IMG/VR virus record: IMGVR_UViG_3300009873_000028
Length of the DNA stretch: 64,000 bases
Source: an uncultured virus (IMG/VR IMGVR_UViG_3300009873_000028)
Taxonomy: Duplodnaviria; Heunggongvirae; Uroviricota; Caudoviricetes
Strand: one strand, 5' to 3'
Below the pieces are notes generated by a model. The model had not been told where the DNA came from. It did not search any database and saw nothing but the letters and a program-made list of their open reading frames with translations. Shown here piece by piece: positions 24,697 to 33,097 of the stretch (its first letter is position 1; every line of letters begins with the position of its first letter). The position numbers were made by a program, and so were the translations under genes.

Positions 24697-25194
24697 ATGA
24701 AATGGAGAACCCTCTCCGGGGAGGAAATCCCGGACATAGCCGAGTTTGTGAAGGCTGCCTCCGCATCTGGTCAGGTCGTGCACATTGGCACCGATTCACT
24801 CCAGACGGGGAGATATACACAGTTTGTGACAGTTGTGGCCGTACTCACACCTTCAAAAGGAGGAAGGGCGGCTTACGCCCGGGAGATAGTCCCGAGAATC
24901 ACCTCGCTCCGGGAGAGACTGCTGCGCGAAGTCTGGAAGAGCGTGGAGCTTGGGATGACCCTGGGCTCTCTTGTCCCTGGGGAGTTGAACATCCATGTGG
25001 ATGCCAACCCAGAGGAAAAGCACATGAGCAGTAAGTATGTGCAAGAGCTGGTGGGGCTGGTAGTAGGGCAGGGCTTCAAGGCCCTCATCAAGCCTGACAG
25101 CTGGGCCGCAACCCACGCCGCAGACCATGTGGTAAGATCACTAAACGTCCGGGCCGCGAGGCCCTCCGGTGCAGTGGCGAAGAGGAAACGCTGA
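24697..25194 (+). CDS. RNase H-like YkuK (DUF458) family protein
   Basis: IGTDS, RLLREVWKS, IHVDAN, KPDSWAATHAADH. Confidence 0.85.
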   Translation: MKWRTLSGEEIPDIAEFVKAASASGQVVHIGTDSLQTGRYTQFVTVVAVLTPSKGGRAAYAREIVPRITSLRERLLREVWKSVELGMTLGSLVPGELNIHVDANPEEKHMSSKYVQELVGLVVGQGFKALIKPDSWAATHAADHVVRSLNVRAARPSGAVAKRKR

Positions 25195-25242
25195 GAGCTG
25201 CAACCTCTCTATTCAAGGGTTCGAATCCCTTCTGCACCTCCA
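25168..25242 (+). tRNA. tRNA-Cys(GCA)
   Basis: GAGAG-CT GCA AC-CTCTC; U73; CCA. Confidence 0.92.
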
Positions 25243-25247
25243 AAGCT

Positions 25248-25321
25248 AGGGGAGTCGTCTAAAGGTAAGGCGCGGGACTTTGAATCCCGCTATCGGGGTT
25301 CGAATCCCTGCTCCCCTGCCA
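25248..25321 (+). tRNA. tRNA-Gln(TTG)
   Basis: CGGGA-CT TTG AA-TCCCG; CCA. Confidence 0.9.
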
Positions 25322-25359
25322 TAGCGCCAGCGCAGCTGGCGCAAGAAAGGACCAACACT

Positions 25360-26019
25360 CTGAAGGTAGTTTGCATTTCTGACACACACTACTACCCCGT
25401 TGAGATCCCCGTCCCAGACGGGGATCTTCTGCTGCATGCAGGTGACCTCACCTACCAAGGCACCCTCGCGCAAATAGAGGCTGCAGGTGAATGGCTTCGC
25501 TCCCTCCCCCACAAGCATAAAGTGATCATCGCTGGGAACCACGACTTCCTCTTCGAAGACAACCCAGGCCGAGCCAGGGCTGCGCTCGGAGACGGTAAGG
25601 ATGGGCTGATCTATTTGCAAGATGAACTCGTGGAAGTGGAAGGGTTGAAGGTTTTCGGCTCCCCCTGGAGCACCTACTTCATGGACTGGGCCTTTGGCGT
25701 GCGAGAGAGGGAGTATGAAGAGGTGTGGGGTCGCATCCCCGAGGGCCTCGACATCCTCATTACCCACGGCCCGCCTCTGCGCATTCTAGACTCAGCGCCG
25801 AACAAGTTTCACCTGGGCGACCCCGGGCTGCTGAAGGTAGTGCAGGAGCGTGCTCCACGCCTCCATGTCTTCGGCCACATTCACCACTCCCACGGAACCG
25901 CCCAGATAGGGCAAACCCTCTTCGTGAACGCCGCGGTGTGCGATGAGCTTTATGCTCACACCCAGCCGCCTATCGTGCTAGACTTGCGGAAGGACAAGGT
26001 GATGGAGCTTAGGAGTTAA
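25360..26019 (+). CDS. Metallophosphoesterase, probable CTG start
   Basis: ISDTH, HAGD, GNHD, THGPP, FGHIH; the first motifs lie upstream of the ORF-track start. Confidence 0.85.
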   Translation: MKVVCISDTHYYPVEIPVPDGDLLLHAGDLTYQGTLAQIEAAGEWLRSLPHKHKVIIAGNHDFLFEDNPGRARAALGDGKDGLIYLQDELVEVEGLKVFGSPWSTYFMDWAFGVREREYEEVWGRIPEGLDILITHGPPLRILDSAPNKFHLGDPGLLKVVQERAPRLHVFGHIHHSHGTAQIGQTLFVNAAVCDELYAHTQPPIVLDLRKDKVMELRS

Positions 26020-27069
26020 ATGGCTATAGTAAGTCCTGACAGCGTAACGCTCGTGTATGCCGCGGGAGGAATGGGCAAGAGCACCCTTGGTGCTCAGCTC
26101 GCCGCCTACATTTACAAGACCCTCGGGAAGAAGACCCGGGTGGTAAACATGGACGGAGGTGGTACCCGCACCGCCCACGCAGGGCTAGTGGCGAAGGGCA
26201 TCTCCGAGGTATGGGACCTTGATCAATGGGACGAAAAGAGTCTCTTCCTGACGCTGGACCTAGCGACCAAGGGGTGGTGGCCGGAGGATCCGACGGAGCC
26301 AAACTCCCCACTTCTTGCACCCTTCGGCAAGTGGAAAGAGTGCCCGAGCTGCCACAAGGATGTGGGTGCGAAAGGTTTTGCTTTACCACCGAAATGCGCG
26401 AGTTGTGGCTCGCCACTGGCTGCTGGGACTTTCTGCAAGACACGAACCACGTACGCAAATGGGTTCGATGCCGTCGGTGCGGTGGTGTTCGAGGGCTTTA
26501 CCAGCTTCGGAGAGGCGCTACTTCGTAGGCTCCGCACCATTAACCCCGAGGGTGGCCGCACCATAGATGACAAAGCAGGAGATGGAAGCGTTTTTAGAGT
26601 CTCTGCGCCGGGGCAGCAACACTACGGGGATGCCCAAGCCTACCTCGGGCAGTTCGTCGCAAACAGTAGAACCATCCCTGTCTCCCGGGTCCTCTGGACA
26701 GCTCTGGAGAATCGTGGGGAAGAAGACGGAAAGCAAGTATTTGGTCCGAAGGGTCCAGGGCAAGCCCTCACTACGACTTGTATCCCGTGGTTCACGGACG
26801 TGATTCACCTCGACGGAGTGGCCCAGACGAAGAACGGGCTCATTGTGAAGGACGCTAATGGACAAGAAGTGGTGGAGAGGAAGCTTTTCCTGGCCCCCCA
26901 CTACCCTGCTGACAACAAGCTTTTCCTCTTCAGAGCTAAAACGTCTGCTCCTCTACTCGGTGGTCTACCTACTCTTCTTGACTTCCCTGCTACTGGGAAT
27001 ACGATGGAGCGGCTTCTTACTCTAGTGGAAGAGGCTAAGGCCAAGGCTGGGGAGGAGCTACTCAAGTGA
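26020..27069 (+). CDS. Sak4/AAA_24-like P-loop ATPase with zinc-finger insertion
   Basis: YAAGGMGKST; CPSC..CASC insert; HYG; PWFTDV. Confidence 0.75.
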   Translation: MAIVSPDSVTLVYAAGGMGKSTLGAQLAAYIYKTLGKKTRVVNMDGGGTRTAHAGLVAKGISEVWDLDQWDEKSLFLTLDLATKGWWPEDPTEPNSPLLAPFGKWKECPSCHKDVGAKGFALPPKCASCGSPLAAGTFCKTRTTYANGFDAVGAVVFEGFTSFGEALLRRLRTINPEGGRTIDDKAGDGSVFRVSAPGQQHYGDAQAYLGQFVANSRTIPVSRVLWTALENRGEEDGKQVFGPKGPGQALTTTCIPWFTDVIHLDGVAQTKNGLIVKDANGQEVVERKLFLAPHYPADNKLFLFRAKTSAPLLGGLPTLLDFPATGNTMERLLTLVEEAKAKAGEELLK

Positions 27070-27407
27070 GCGAAGAAGACCCCAAGGACGCTGACGCTAC
27101 ACCCCCCAAGGAAATGCCAGAAGAGCTGAAGAAGGATACCGTGGTCTCCGCGCCCAAGCTGGCTATCTTCACTGACCCCGCCGACTTCGAAATCGGGGTG
27201 ACCAACAACTTCGGAGATCCCTCCCCTGTTATAGTGTTCCTGAAGGACGGCGAGCCAGCCTACGGCGTAGTCTTCACCGAGCAGGCTGCAGAAAAAGCTT
27301 TGGTCTCCTTCATGGGTATGCTAGCATTACTTTACGGCACAGCCGGGGAAGAGGAGAGCCCACGGTTCGCAGTGCCGGAGAACAAGAAGAAACCAACTCT
27401 CCATTAA
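27066..27407 (+). CDS. Hypothetical protein
   Basis: GTGA-coupled, GAGGAG RBS. Confidence 0.7.
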   Translation: MSEEDPKDADATPPKEMPEELKKDTVVSAPKLAIFTDPADFEIGVTNNFGDPSPVIVFLKDGEPAYGVVFTEQAAEKALVSFMGMLALLYGTAGEEESPRFAVPENKKKPTLH

Positions 27408-27426
27408 ACCAAGGAAAACAAAGCAA

Positions 27427-28065
27427 ATGGCTACACTGCCTATCGACCTTGCCGGATCCGACGAAGACGTGGAAAGCATCCAGATTGAGTCCCCCGACTA
27501 CACCGACTACGAGCTGCTCAGCCCGGGGGTCTACGTTTCCCCCAGCCGCACCGTCACCCCTGAGCGCCGGAGCGATAAGAACGGGAAGCCGTTCCTGATG
27601 GCTCGGGTGGAGATGCCTACCCTGGTCAACGAAGAGGGCAACACGATCTACCTCAGCAAGCCTCTCGTGCGCTACATCTTCAGCTTCACCAGGAAGCAGA
27701 AGAACCGTCAGGGGGAAACCTCCGACATCGCCAAGTACCTCCGCGCAGCCGGTATCACTCTCGAGGGAAGCGTTTCCCCTCAGGTGGTGCAGGATGCTCT
27801 CGCCGAGAGTGGTGCGCTCCCCGTTAAGGTGAAGGTTGGCTGGACCAACCGCACGCCTAAGGTGGGAGATGACTACCTCCCGGAGAAGGCCTACACGGCT
27901 GACTTCCGCCGGGGTGCTAACGGCTCCGCCACCTTCGTTTCCACCCTCACCTCGGACGACGTGGACTCCATGGAGAACCCCAAGGCACAGGAACGCCTGC
28001 GCCAGGTGCTCTTCAACGGGAAGATCCAGGCCAAGCACCGGGTGGACGACTTCTACCGCGCCTAA
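27427..28065 (+). CDS. Hypothetical protein, possibly ssDNA-binding
   Basis: Strong codon bias; LLSPGVY..beta-rich; follows the Sak4-like gene (function inferred from position). Confidence 0.6.
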   Translation: MATLPIDLAGSDEDVESIQIESPDYTDYELLSPGVYVSPSRTVTPERRSDKNGKPFLMARVEMPTLVNEEGNTIYLSKPLVRYIFSFTRKQKNRQGETSDIAKYLRAAGITLEGSVSPQVVQDALAESGALPVKVKVGWTNRTPKVGDDYLPEKAYTADFRRGANGSATFVSTLTSDDVDSMENPKAQERLRQVLFNGKIQAKHRVDDFYRA

Positions 28066-28083
28066 ACGCGAAGCGTTTAGTTC

Positions 28084-28167
28084 CTAGGGGCGAATGAACA
28101 GGGGGACCCGGGCACCCCTCTGTAGTACCTCCTAGCGAGATTGGCAGACTCTCGTAAATCAACTGCC
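28084..28167 (+). ncRNA. Candidate structured RNA ending in an H-type pseudoknot
   Basis: CTAGG/CCTAG enclosing ACAG..GGG/CCC..CTGT; GCGAGA/TCTCGT crossed by GGCAG/CTGCC. Confidence 0.55.
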
Positions 28168-28234
28168 CCTTTCCAGCACTTTTGTGCTATTCTTGCCTCC
28201 TCAAAGTTCCCTAGCTAGCGAGGCAACCCCACAC

Positions 28235-29962
28235 ATGAAAAAGCTGTTATTGTTCCTCGGGGCCATAGCCCTGAGCCTTCCCACCTTGGGCGCGAGCTGC
28301 AATCCGCAGCCCCCCAACCCAACCCCCACACCCACACCTACGCCTACTCCGCCACCTCCGGTGGCTGTGCGCACTGACATGCTCCTCCGCCAGGAGAACG
28401 CCCGGTTGACGAACCTCGCCGGCTCCCCTGTGCAGCTAGACATGGCAGTGCAGTGCTGCGGCTTCCAAGACGTAGACCGCTGGAACTCGGATCTCCCAGG
28501 AGTGGAGAATCACCGCTGGCCCCTGATCAGCTCTGAAGCCATGGACTTCTTCGGAAGCTATGGCTTCAACGCCTTCCACATGAGGCTTGGGCCGTTCTAC
28601 GGTGACGCTGCCCACGAGAATCTCTGGGCTGACGTAGGTGGCCCATACGTGGGGGGTCCTGGCAGCGCTTTCAACCCTGCCTTCTTTAGCAAGGTGGAGG
28701 AGTATGTCTCCTTCGCTGCGCAGAAGGGTTGGTGGGTTGAAATCAATGTGGTGGACACTTGGTACTGCAAGCACGCTCAGTGGGGAGATCAGGAGATGCC
28801 CTGGACGACTGAAGCCGTCCAGTCCTGCGGGCGTACCCCTAATGCCGAGGTAGAAGCGTTCATCCGGCAGGTGGTACGTAGCTTCACCAAGTACGGAAAC
28901 GTTATCTGGCTCACCGACAACGAAGGAGACCAGATCCAAGGAGACACCAGGGCCTGGTTCGAGTGGGTACGTGACGTCATCCGAAATGAAGAGAGTCTTC
29001 ATCCTTCTGGGCACGTGCATCTCATCGGCACAAACTCTGCCTACCCAGACATCGCGGACTACGCCGTTACGCATGCACGCGCGGCCCTCACGGCCCCTAT
29101 TGCCGGGAGGTGGACCCTCAACAACGAACGCAACCCCGCGTTCTCCCCTGAGCAAGAAGCAAGCAACTTCGCGCAAGCGAGAGCCCTTGGCCTAAGCTAC
29201 GCCTACTGGCGCGCCGAGCAGACCACCGCCCAGCTACTTGAGACCCTTGAGCGCTTCAAGGAGGTGATGCAAGGGGGTGCACCTGTCGGCTGCTTTCCGC
29301 CTGCTTCAGACGATCCCCTGTGGGTTAGTCCGCCATCCCCAGGTGGGGGCCTCTCCGTGGAAGTACGTGAGGCCATAGACCAGGGGAAGCAGGAAGTTGG
29401 GGAACGCTGCGGCACTGACCATGAGGGATCTCTTCAGACAATAGAGTCCCTCGGATCGAATCTCAGGCTTAAGGGTTGGTGCGCGGGAAGGCTCGACGAC
29501 GCTCTCTTCATCAAGGACGGCGAGTTCTGGAAAGAGATCCATGTCGTAACTTTTGCTTCCGGTTGCTGGAGCCTGGACCCGGGGAACTACCCGAAGAACA
29601 CTTGGACCTACAGCGGGACAAGCATAGCTTGTCCCGCACCAACGCCCCCACCCCTAGACCACTGGATTGTGAAGGTCCACAACATCGGCCCCAACTGGAC
29701 AACCGTGGACGCCACAGCGAAGGTGCACAACGCGGAGTACTGCGCCGTTTATGGTTTCGGCGTGGATTGCCCGGTGCGGCCGGAAGGCGACCCAACCCGG
29801 GAGATTTGTGAACGCCAGGTGGTAGGCATCCCGCAGTGGACCGGCCCTGGGGAAGTAGACCCCTCAAATCCGTACCTCTATAGAGTCCGCCGAGGTACCG
29901 GAGGTACCGTAACCGTGTGTGGTAAGGGCGGAGTTTGTGGAAGTGTGGAGGTCCAACCGTGA
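28235..29962 (+). CDS. Lipoprotein with Pro/Thr linker, glycoside-hydrolase-like (clan GH-A) domain and Cys-rich C-terminal domains
   Basis: LGASC lipobox; (PT)n; NAFHMRL, WLTDNEG and TLNNE motifs. Confidence 0.65.
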   Translation: MKKLLLFLGAIALSLPTLGASCNPQPPNPTPTPTPTPTPPPPVAVRTDMLLRQENARLTNLAGSPVQLDMAVQCCGFQDVDRWNSDLPGVENHRWPLISSEAMDFFGSYGFNAFHMRLGPFYGDAAHENLWADVGGPYVGGPGSAFNPAFFSKVEEYVSFAAQKGWWVEINVVDTWYCKHAQWGDQEMPWTTEAVQSCGRTPNAEVEAFIRQVVRSFTKYGNVIWLTDNEGDQIQGDTRAWFEWVRDVIRNEESLHPSGHVHLIGTNSAYPDIADYAVTHARAALTAPIAGRWTLNNERNPAFSPEQEASNFAQARALGLSYAYWRAEQTTAQLLETLERFKEVMQGGAPVGCFPPASDDPLWVSPPSPGGGLSVEVREAIDQGKQEVGERCGTDHEGSLQTIESLGSNLRLKGWCAGRLDDALFIKDGEFWKEIHVVTFASGCWSLDPGNYPKNTWTYSGTSIACPAPTPPPLDHWIVKVHNIGPNWTTVDATAKVHNAEYCAVYGFGVDCPVRPEGDPTREICERQVVGIPQWTGPGEVDPSNPYLYRVRRGTGGTVTVCGKGGVCGSVEVQP

Positions 29963-30219
29963 GAAAGAGTCTTTTCACCGCCCTGGCGGTAATAATAGGT
30001 GGGAGCCTGGGGGTTCTCGCCGCTGAGCAGTACATCCGGATGACAACCCCTAAGGCACCGTTAAAGCACTACAGCCTCTACTTCCCTGAGAGCGTTCAGC
30101 CTATTCAGCTCCTGGGTGACAGGATGTCTGTGGAAAGTGGCTGCGGAGTCGTTTGGCTAGGCGAAGAGCAAATCTTCCAGGTTTGCTCTGATCATGTTAT
30201 GAAGCTGGATCCTCAGTAA
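29959..30219 (+). CDS. Membrane-anchored hypothetical protein
   Basis: GTGA coupling; N-terminal TM helix. Confidence 0.6.
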   Translation: MRKSLFTALAVIIGGSLGVLAAEQYIRMTTPKAPLKHYSLYFPESVQPIQLLGDRMSVESGCGVVWLGEEQIFQVCSDHVMKLDPQ

Positions 30220-30220
30220 A

Positions 30221-31204
30221 ATGGGTGTGCCTAGAATTTACATCGGGTTTCACTCCTACGGAATCTGCCCCACCAGCTTTGCCATAGACCTAGCCCGCCT
30301 GATGCGCTACAGCGGCACCATCATCCCAGCCGCCATACATGAGCGCAGCTGCTACGTAGACTCTGCGCGGAACAAGTTGGTGAGGAACTTCCTCACCACC
30401 GACGGCACCCATCTCATGATGATGGACGTGGACATCAGCTTCGAACCCGACGCAGTACTCAAGACCTTCAACATCATGCAGGCTATGGGGCTGGATGCGG
30501 TTTACGGCAACTACGCGCTAGGCAACGGCGCGAACAGCATTTTCGGGGCACCCGAAAATGCCGCCAACGAAGCCAGCGTGAGAGTCAACTTGGAGTCCAA
30601 CAAGGTCTACACCGACATCGTGACAGGTGGCACTGGCTGGCTCCTCATGTCCCGGGAGCTGCTCGCCCGGATGGAGAAGGAGTGCGATGGCCCCTGGCAC
30701 TGGTTTGCACGAGATGTTACAACGGATGGTAAAGACCGAAGGGGCGAGGATATTACCTTTGGTTTGCGGATGTATCGCATGCAGCCAAGGCCGAAGGTTG
30801 CAGGCATCACAACCGTCCTCCTCGGCCACGAGAAAACCCAGAAGTACTTCCCCAACTTCATGAGCGGGGTGGCTGCAAAAGCCTCCATGCCAGGGGTTTG
30901 CATCCCTAACCCCTTTGAGAGTGAACCCGAGAACTATGCTACAATAGGGAACGCCGTGGTGGACCTACGCCAGCTATCCGCCGAAGCAAAAGCAACCGTG
31001 CTGGCAGAAGCTGCTAAGTGGCGGGAGGCGTACCTTGCCGGAAAAGCTGGAACGAGAGTTGAAAGCTCGGGCCGCCAAGCGCGGCTTGAAGGGGAAGCGG
31101 AAGGGGGCCTTCATCTACGGAACCCTGAGGAAAACCGGGTGGAAGCCCAGGCGCGAGAGGGAGCCGAAGCTAACGGACATGGCGAAGGAGAAGTAAATGG
31201 CTAA
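30221..31204 (+). CDS. GT-A fold glycosyltransferase
   Basis: ARNKLV, HLMMMDVD (DxD), GTGWLLMSR, GEDITF. Confidence 0.8.
   Translation: MGVPRIYIGFHSYGICPTSFAIDLARLMRYSGTIIPAAIHERSCYVDSARNKLVRNFLTTDGTHLMMMDVDISFEPDAVLKTFNIMQAMGLDAVYGNYALGNGANSIFGAPENAANEASVRVNLESNKVYTDIVTGGTGWLLMSRELLARMEKECDGPWHWFARDVTTDGKDRRGEDITFGLRMYRMQPRPKVAGITTVLLGHEKTQKYFPNFMSGVAAKASMPGVCIPNPFESEPENYATIGNAVVDLRQLSAEAKATVLAEAAKWREAYLAGKAGTRVESSGRQARLEGEAEGGLHLRNPEENRVEAQAREGAEANGHGEGEVNG
31035..31196 (+). CDS. Small basic protein nested in the glycosyltransferase 3' end
   Basis: GGGAGG RBS, TTG; MPEKLERELKARAAKRGLKGKRKGAFIYGTLRKTGWKP...; stop abuts the next ATG. Confidence 0.65.
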   Translation: MPEKLERELKARAAKRGLKGKRKGAFIYGTLRKTGWKPRREREPKLTDMAKEK

Positions 31205-31319
31205 CATCCTGGGGATCCTGGGGAAGGCCCGGAAGATTTTGGGCAAGCTCACTGACCTCCTGATAAAGGGGCGTCAGGCGGGTTTGTGGAGCGAGAAGAA
31301 CAAGGTAGGAAAGAAATGA
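31197..31319 (+). CDS. 40 aa amphipathic basic peptide
   Basis: AAGGAG RBS; MANILGILGKARKILGKLTDLL...; ATGA-coupled to the holin-like gene. Confidence 0.6.
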   Translation: MANILGILGKARKILGKLTDLLIKGRQAGLWSEKNKVGKK

Positions 31320-31486
31320 GCTTTAGCAAGAATGCACTCATCGGGGCGGCTATCGCTGCTGGCGCAGCCTTCCTGGGCAGCCTCGGCGTAGCCTGGCAGG
31401 ACTATGCTATCTCGGCATCAGAGCTTCAGGCAGCGGGCGTAGCGGCGTTTGTGGCTGCTTGGGCCTACGTGAAGAAGCCAGCTTAA
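31316..31486 (+). CDS. Holin-like two-TM protein
   Basis: Two Ala-rich hydrophobic segments, basic C-terminus, near the endolysin. Confidence 0.6.
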   Translation: MSFSKNALIGAAIAAGAAFLGSLGVAWQDYAISASELQAAGVAAFVAAWAYVKKPA

Positions 31487-31487
31487 C

Positions 31488-31745
31488 ATGAGGCGGCTCC
31501 CAAGCAAGATTGACTTGGGGCTGGCCCTACTCAACGTAAAGCTTCTCACGAAGAAGGAAATGCGTGAAGAAGCTGAGTGTGAAGATGACGACCCAACTCC
31601 CGAGGGAATGTGGTGTGACGAGCATGACACCGTTTTCCTCGGGAGATGGCTTTCTGCAAAAAGGAAGCGGGAGGTCCTCTTCCATGAGCTGGTCCACGCG
31701 ATGATAGATTTCCGGGAGCACGTAGGAGGAGCACACGAGACATGA
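31488..31745 (+). CDS. Small zincin-like protein
   Basis: LFHELVHA (HExxH). Confidence 0.7.
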   Translation: MRRLPSKIDLGLALLNVKLLTKKEMREEAECEDDDPTPEGMWCDEHDTVFLGRWLSAKRKREVLFHELVHAMIDFREHVGGAHET

Positions 31746-32068
31746 TAAGTTTTAAGCCGGGGGTGAACCTAAAAGGCCTTCAACCCCAGATGCTGATAGC
31801 ACTCCAGGTGGTGGAGGAAGAGTTTAAAGCCTATGGCATCGACACCGTGATCACGTCGGTGAACGACGGGGAACACAAGGAGAACTCGTACCACTACCAG
31901 GGAAGGGCCTTCGACTTCCGCACTAAGCATGCTGCCGGCATCGCTCCGGGCATCGTGAAGAACATCCAGAAAAGGCTTGCTTTCCTGGGATTTGATGTTA
32001 TCTTTGAAGGCGCTGGCACACCAAACGAGCACGGACACCTGGAGCTAGACAAGCGTGCAGGATACTAA
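31742..32068 (+). CDS. Peptidase M15-type endolysin
   Basis: ITS..DG.H..SYHY.GRAFD..HGHLE. Confidence 0.8.
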   Translation: MISFKPGVNLKGLQPQMLIALQVVEEEFKAYGIDTVITSVNDGEHKENSYHYQGRAFDFRTKHAAGIAPGIVKNIQKRLAFLGFDVIFEGAGTPNEHGHLELDKRAGY

Positions 32069-32393
32069 CCTTCAACCTGGGCTGGTCCCATACACCTTGA
32101 CGGTGAAGAACATTCCCACCCGGGAACAGCAGGAAGTTCTCCAAGAGTTCATCACTATGCTAGCCGCTACCTCAAAGGATGGCGGCAAGAAGCGTGCAGC
32201 GGGCCTCAAGCCCAGCTGGAAAGTAGATGGCAGCCATGAGGCTGCCATCTTCTCCCACCTAAACAAATGGAAGCATGGAGAGAAAGTGGATCCGGAGAGT
32301 GGGCAACACCCTCTAGTCCACCTAGCCTGGCGCGCTCTCGCCATAGCTTGGCAGGAGACACATGGAATCGACAGAAACAGTAGCAGCTCCTGA
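32055..32393 (+). CDS. dATP/dGTP diphosphohydrolase-like (DUF5664) protein
   Basis: HLNKWKHGEKVDPESGQHPLVHLAWRAL. Confidence 0.7.
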   Translation: MQDTNLQPGLVPYTLTVKNIPTREQQEVLQEFITMLAATSKDGGKKRAAGLKPSWKVDGSHEAAIFSHLNKWKHGEKVDPESGQHPLVHLAWRALAIAWQETHGIDRNSSSS

Positions 32394-32580
32394 AGCCGGC
32401 GAGCTTCAGGTCCACCGTACCATCCTTCAAGGGATGGCAGTACACCTCCAGAAGCTGCAAGCGGAGGTCTTCGATCTCCAGCAGACCACCGCGGGGATCA
32501 TCGACTGGATAGAGGGACTGCAGCAGGAAGCCCCGGAGCCTGAGGCTCCGGCTGCTCCGGAGGTGCCTAGTGAAGGTTGA
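32362..32580 (+). CDS. Small coiled-coil protein
   Basis: AGGAG RBS. Confidence 0.6.
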   Translation: MESTETVAAPEAGELQVHRTILQGMAVHLQKLQAEVFDLQQTTAGIIDWIEGLQQEAPEPEAPAAPEVPSEG

Positions 32581-33097
32581 GGTGCCGCAGTTCCTTAAGC
32601 TGGTAGAGCAAGCGAACTCGGCGCTCTTCTTTGACCTGGAAACCCAGGGCCTTCATGCGGACTATGGCAAGATCCTGGTCTACTCAAGGATGTGGGTGAA
32701 TGATAAGGCCCCTACTACCACGCTTCGAGAGAACAACATCCTGCGAGCGATGCGGAGCGACTTTGATCGTGCAGACCTCATTGTTGGGTACAACTCTAGA
32801 CTCTTTGACGTTCAATTCGCTAACACACGATTGCTGGAGAGAGGTTTGGAGCCTCTCCCTCAACGCCACCACCTCGACATGTATTTCGCTCTTAAGGGTA
32901 AGCTACGTACAAACTCCAAGAGTATGGGCGCGGTTGGTTCGCTTCTTGGTCTCAACGAGTCTAAGCTGGCTCTTCGCCCTCAGGAGTGGAGAAACGTCAA
33001 CTACGACGCTTTGACTAAGCGCTGCGAAAGCGACGTGAAGCTGCTGCTAGATGTGTACAAGGCAACCAAGCACTTGGTGAAGACTATCAACACATGA
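32570..33097 (+). CDS. DEDD / RNase_H_2 3'-5' exonuclease
   Basis: FDLET, GYNSRLFD, HLDMY, CESDV. Confidence 0.85.
   Translation: MKVEVPQFLKLVEQANSALFFDLETQGLHADYGKILVYSRMWVNDKAPTTTLRENNILRAMRSDFDRADLIVGYNSRLFDVQFANTRLLERGLEPLPQRHHLDMYFALKGKLRTNSKSMGAVGSLLGLNESKLALRPQEWRNVNYDALTKRCESDVKLLLDVYKATKHLVKTINT

Noticed and set aside
21403..25321. Stop-codon reassignment
   Set aside because: No CTA, TTA or TCA suppressor anticodon; TAG, TGA and TAA all end well-defined genes
28135..28167. tmRNA
   Set aside because: The pseudoknot resembles PK1, but there is no tRNA-like domain, tag ORF or CCA end
32055..32393. Z-genome (2-aminoadenine) system
   Set aside because: A DUF5664-like gene alone is insufficient; no PurZ-like gene is in the window
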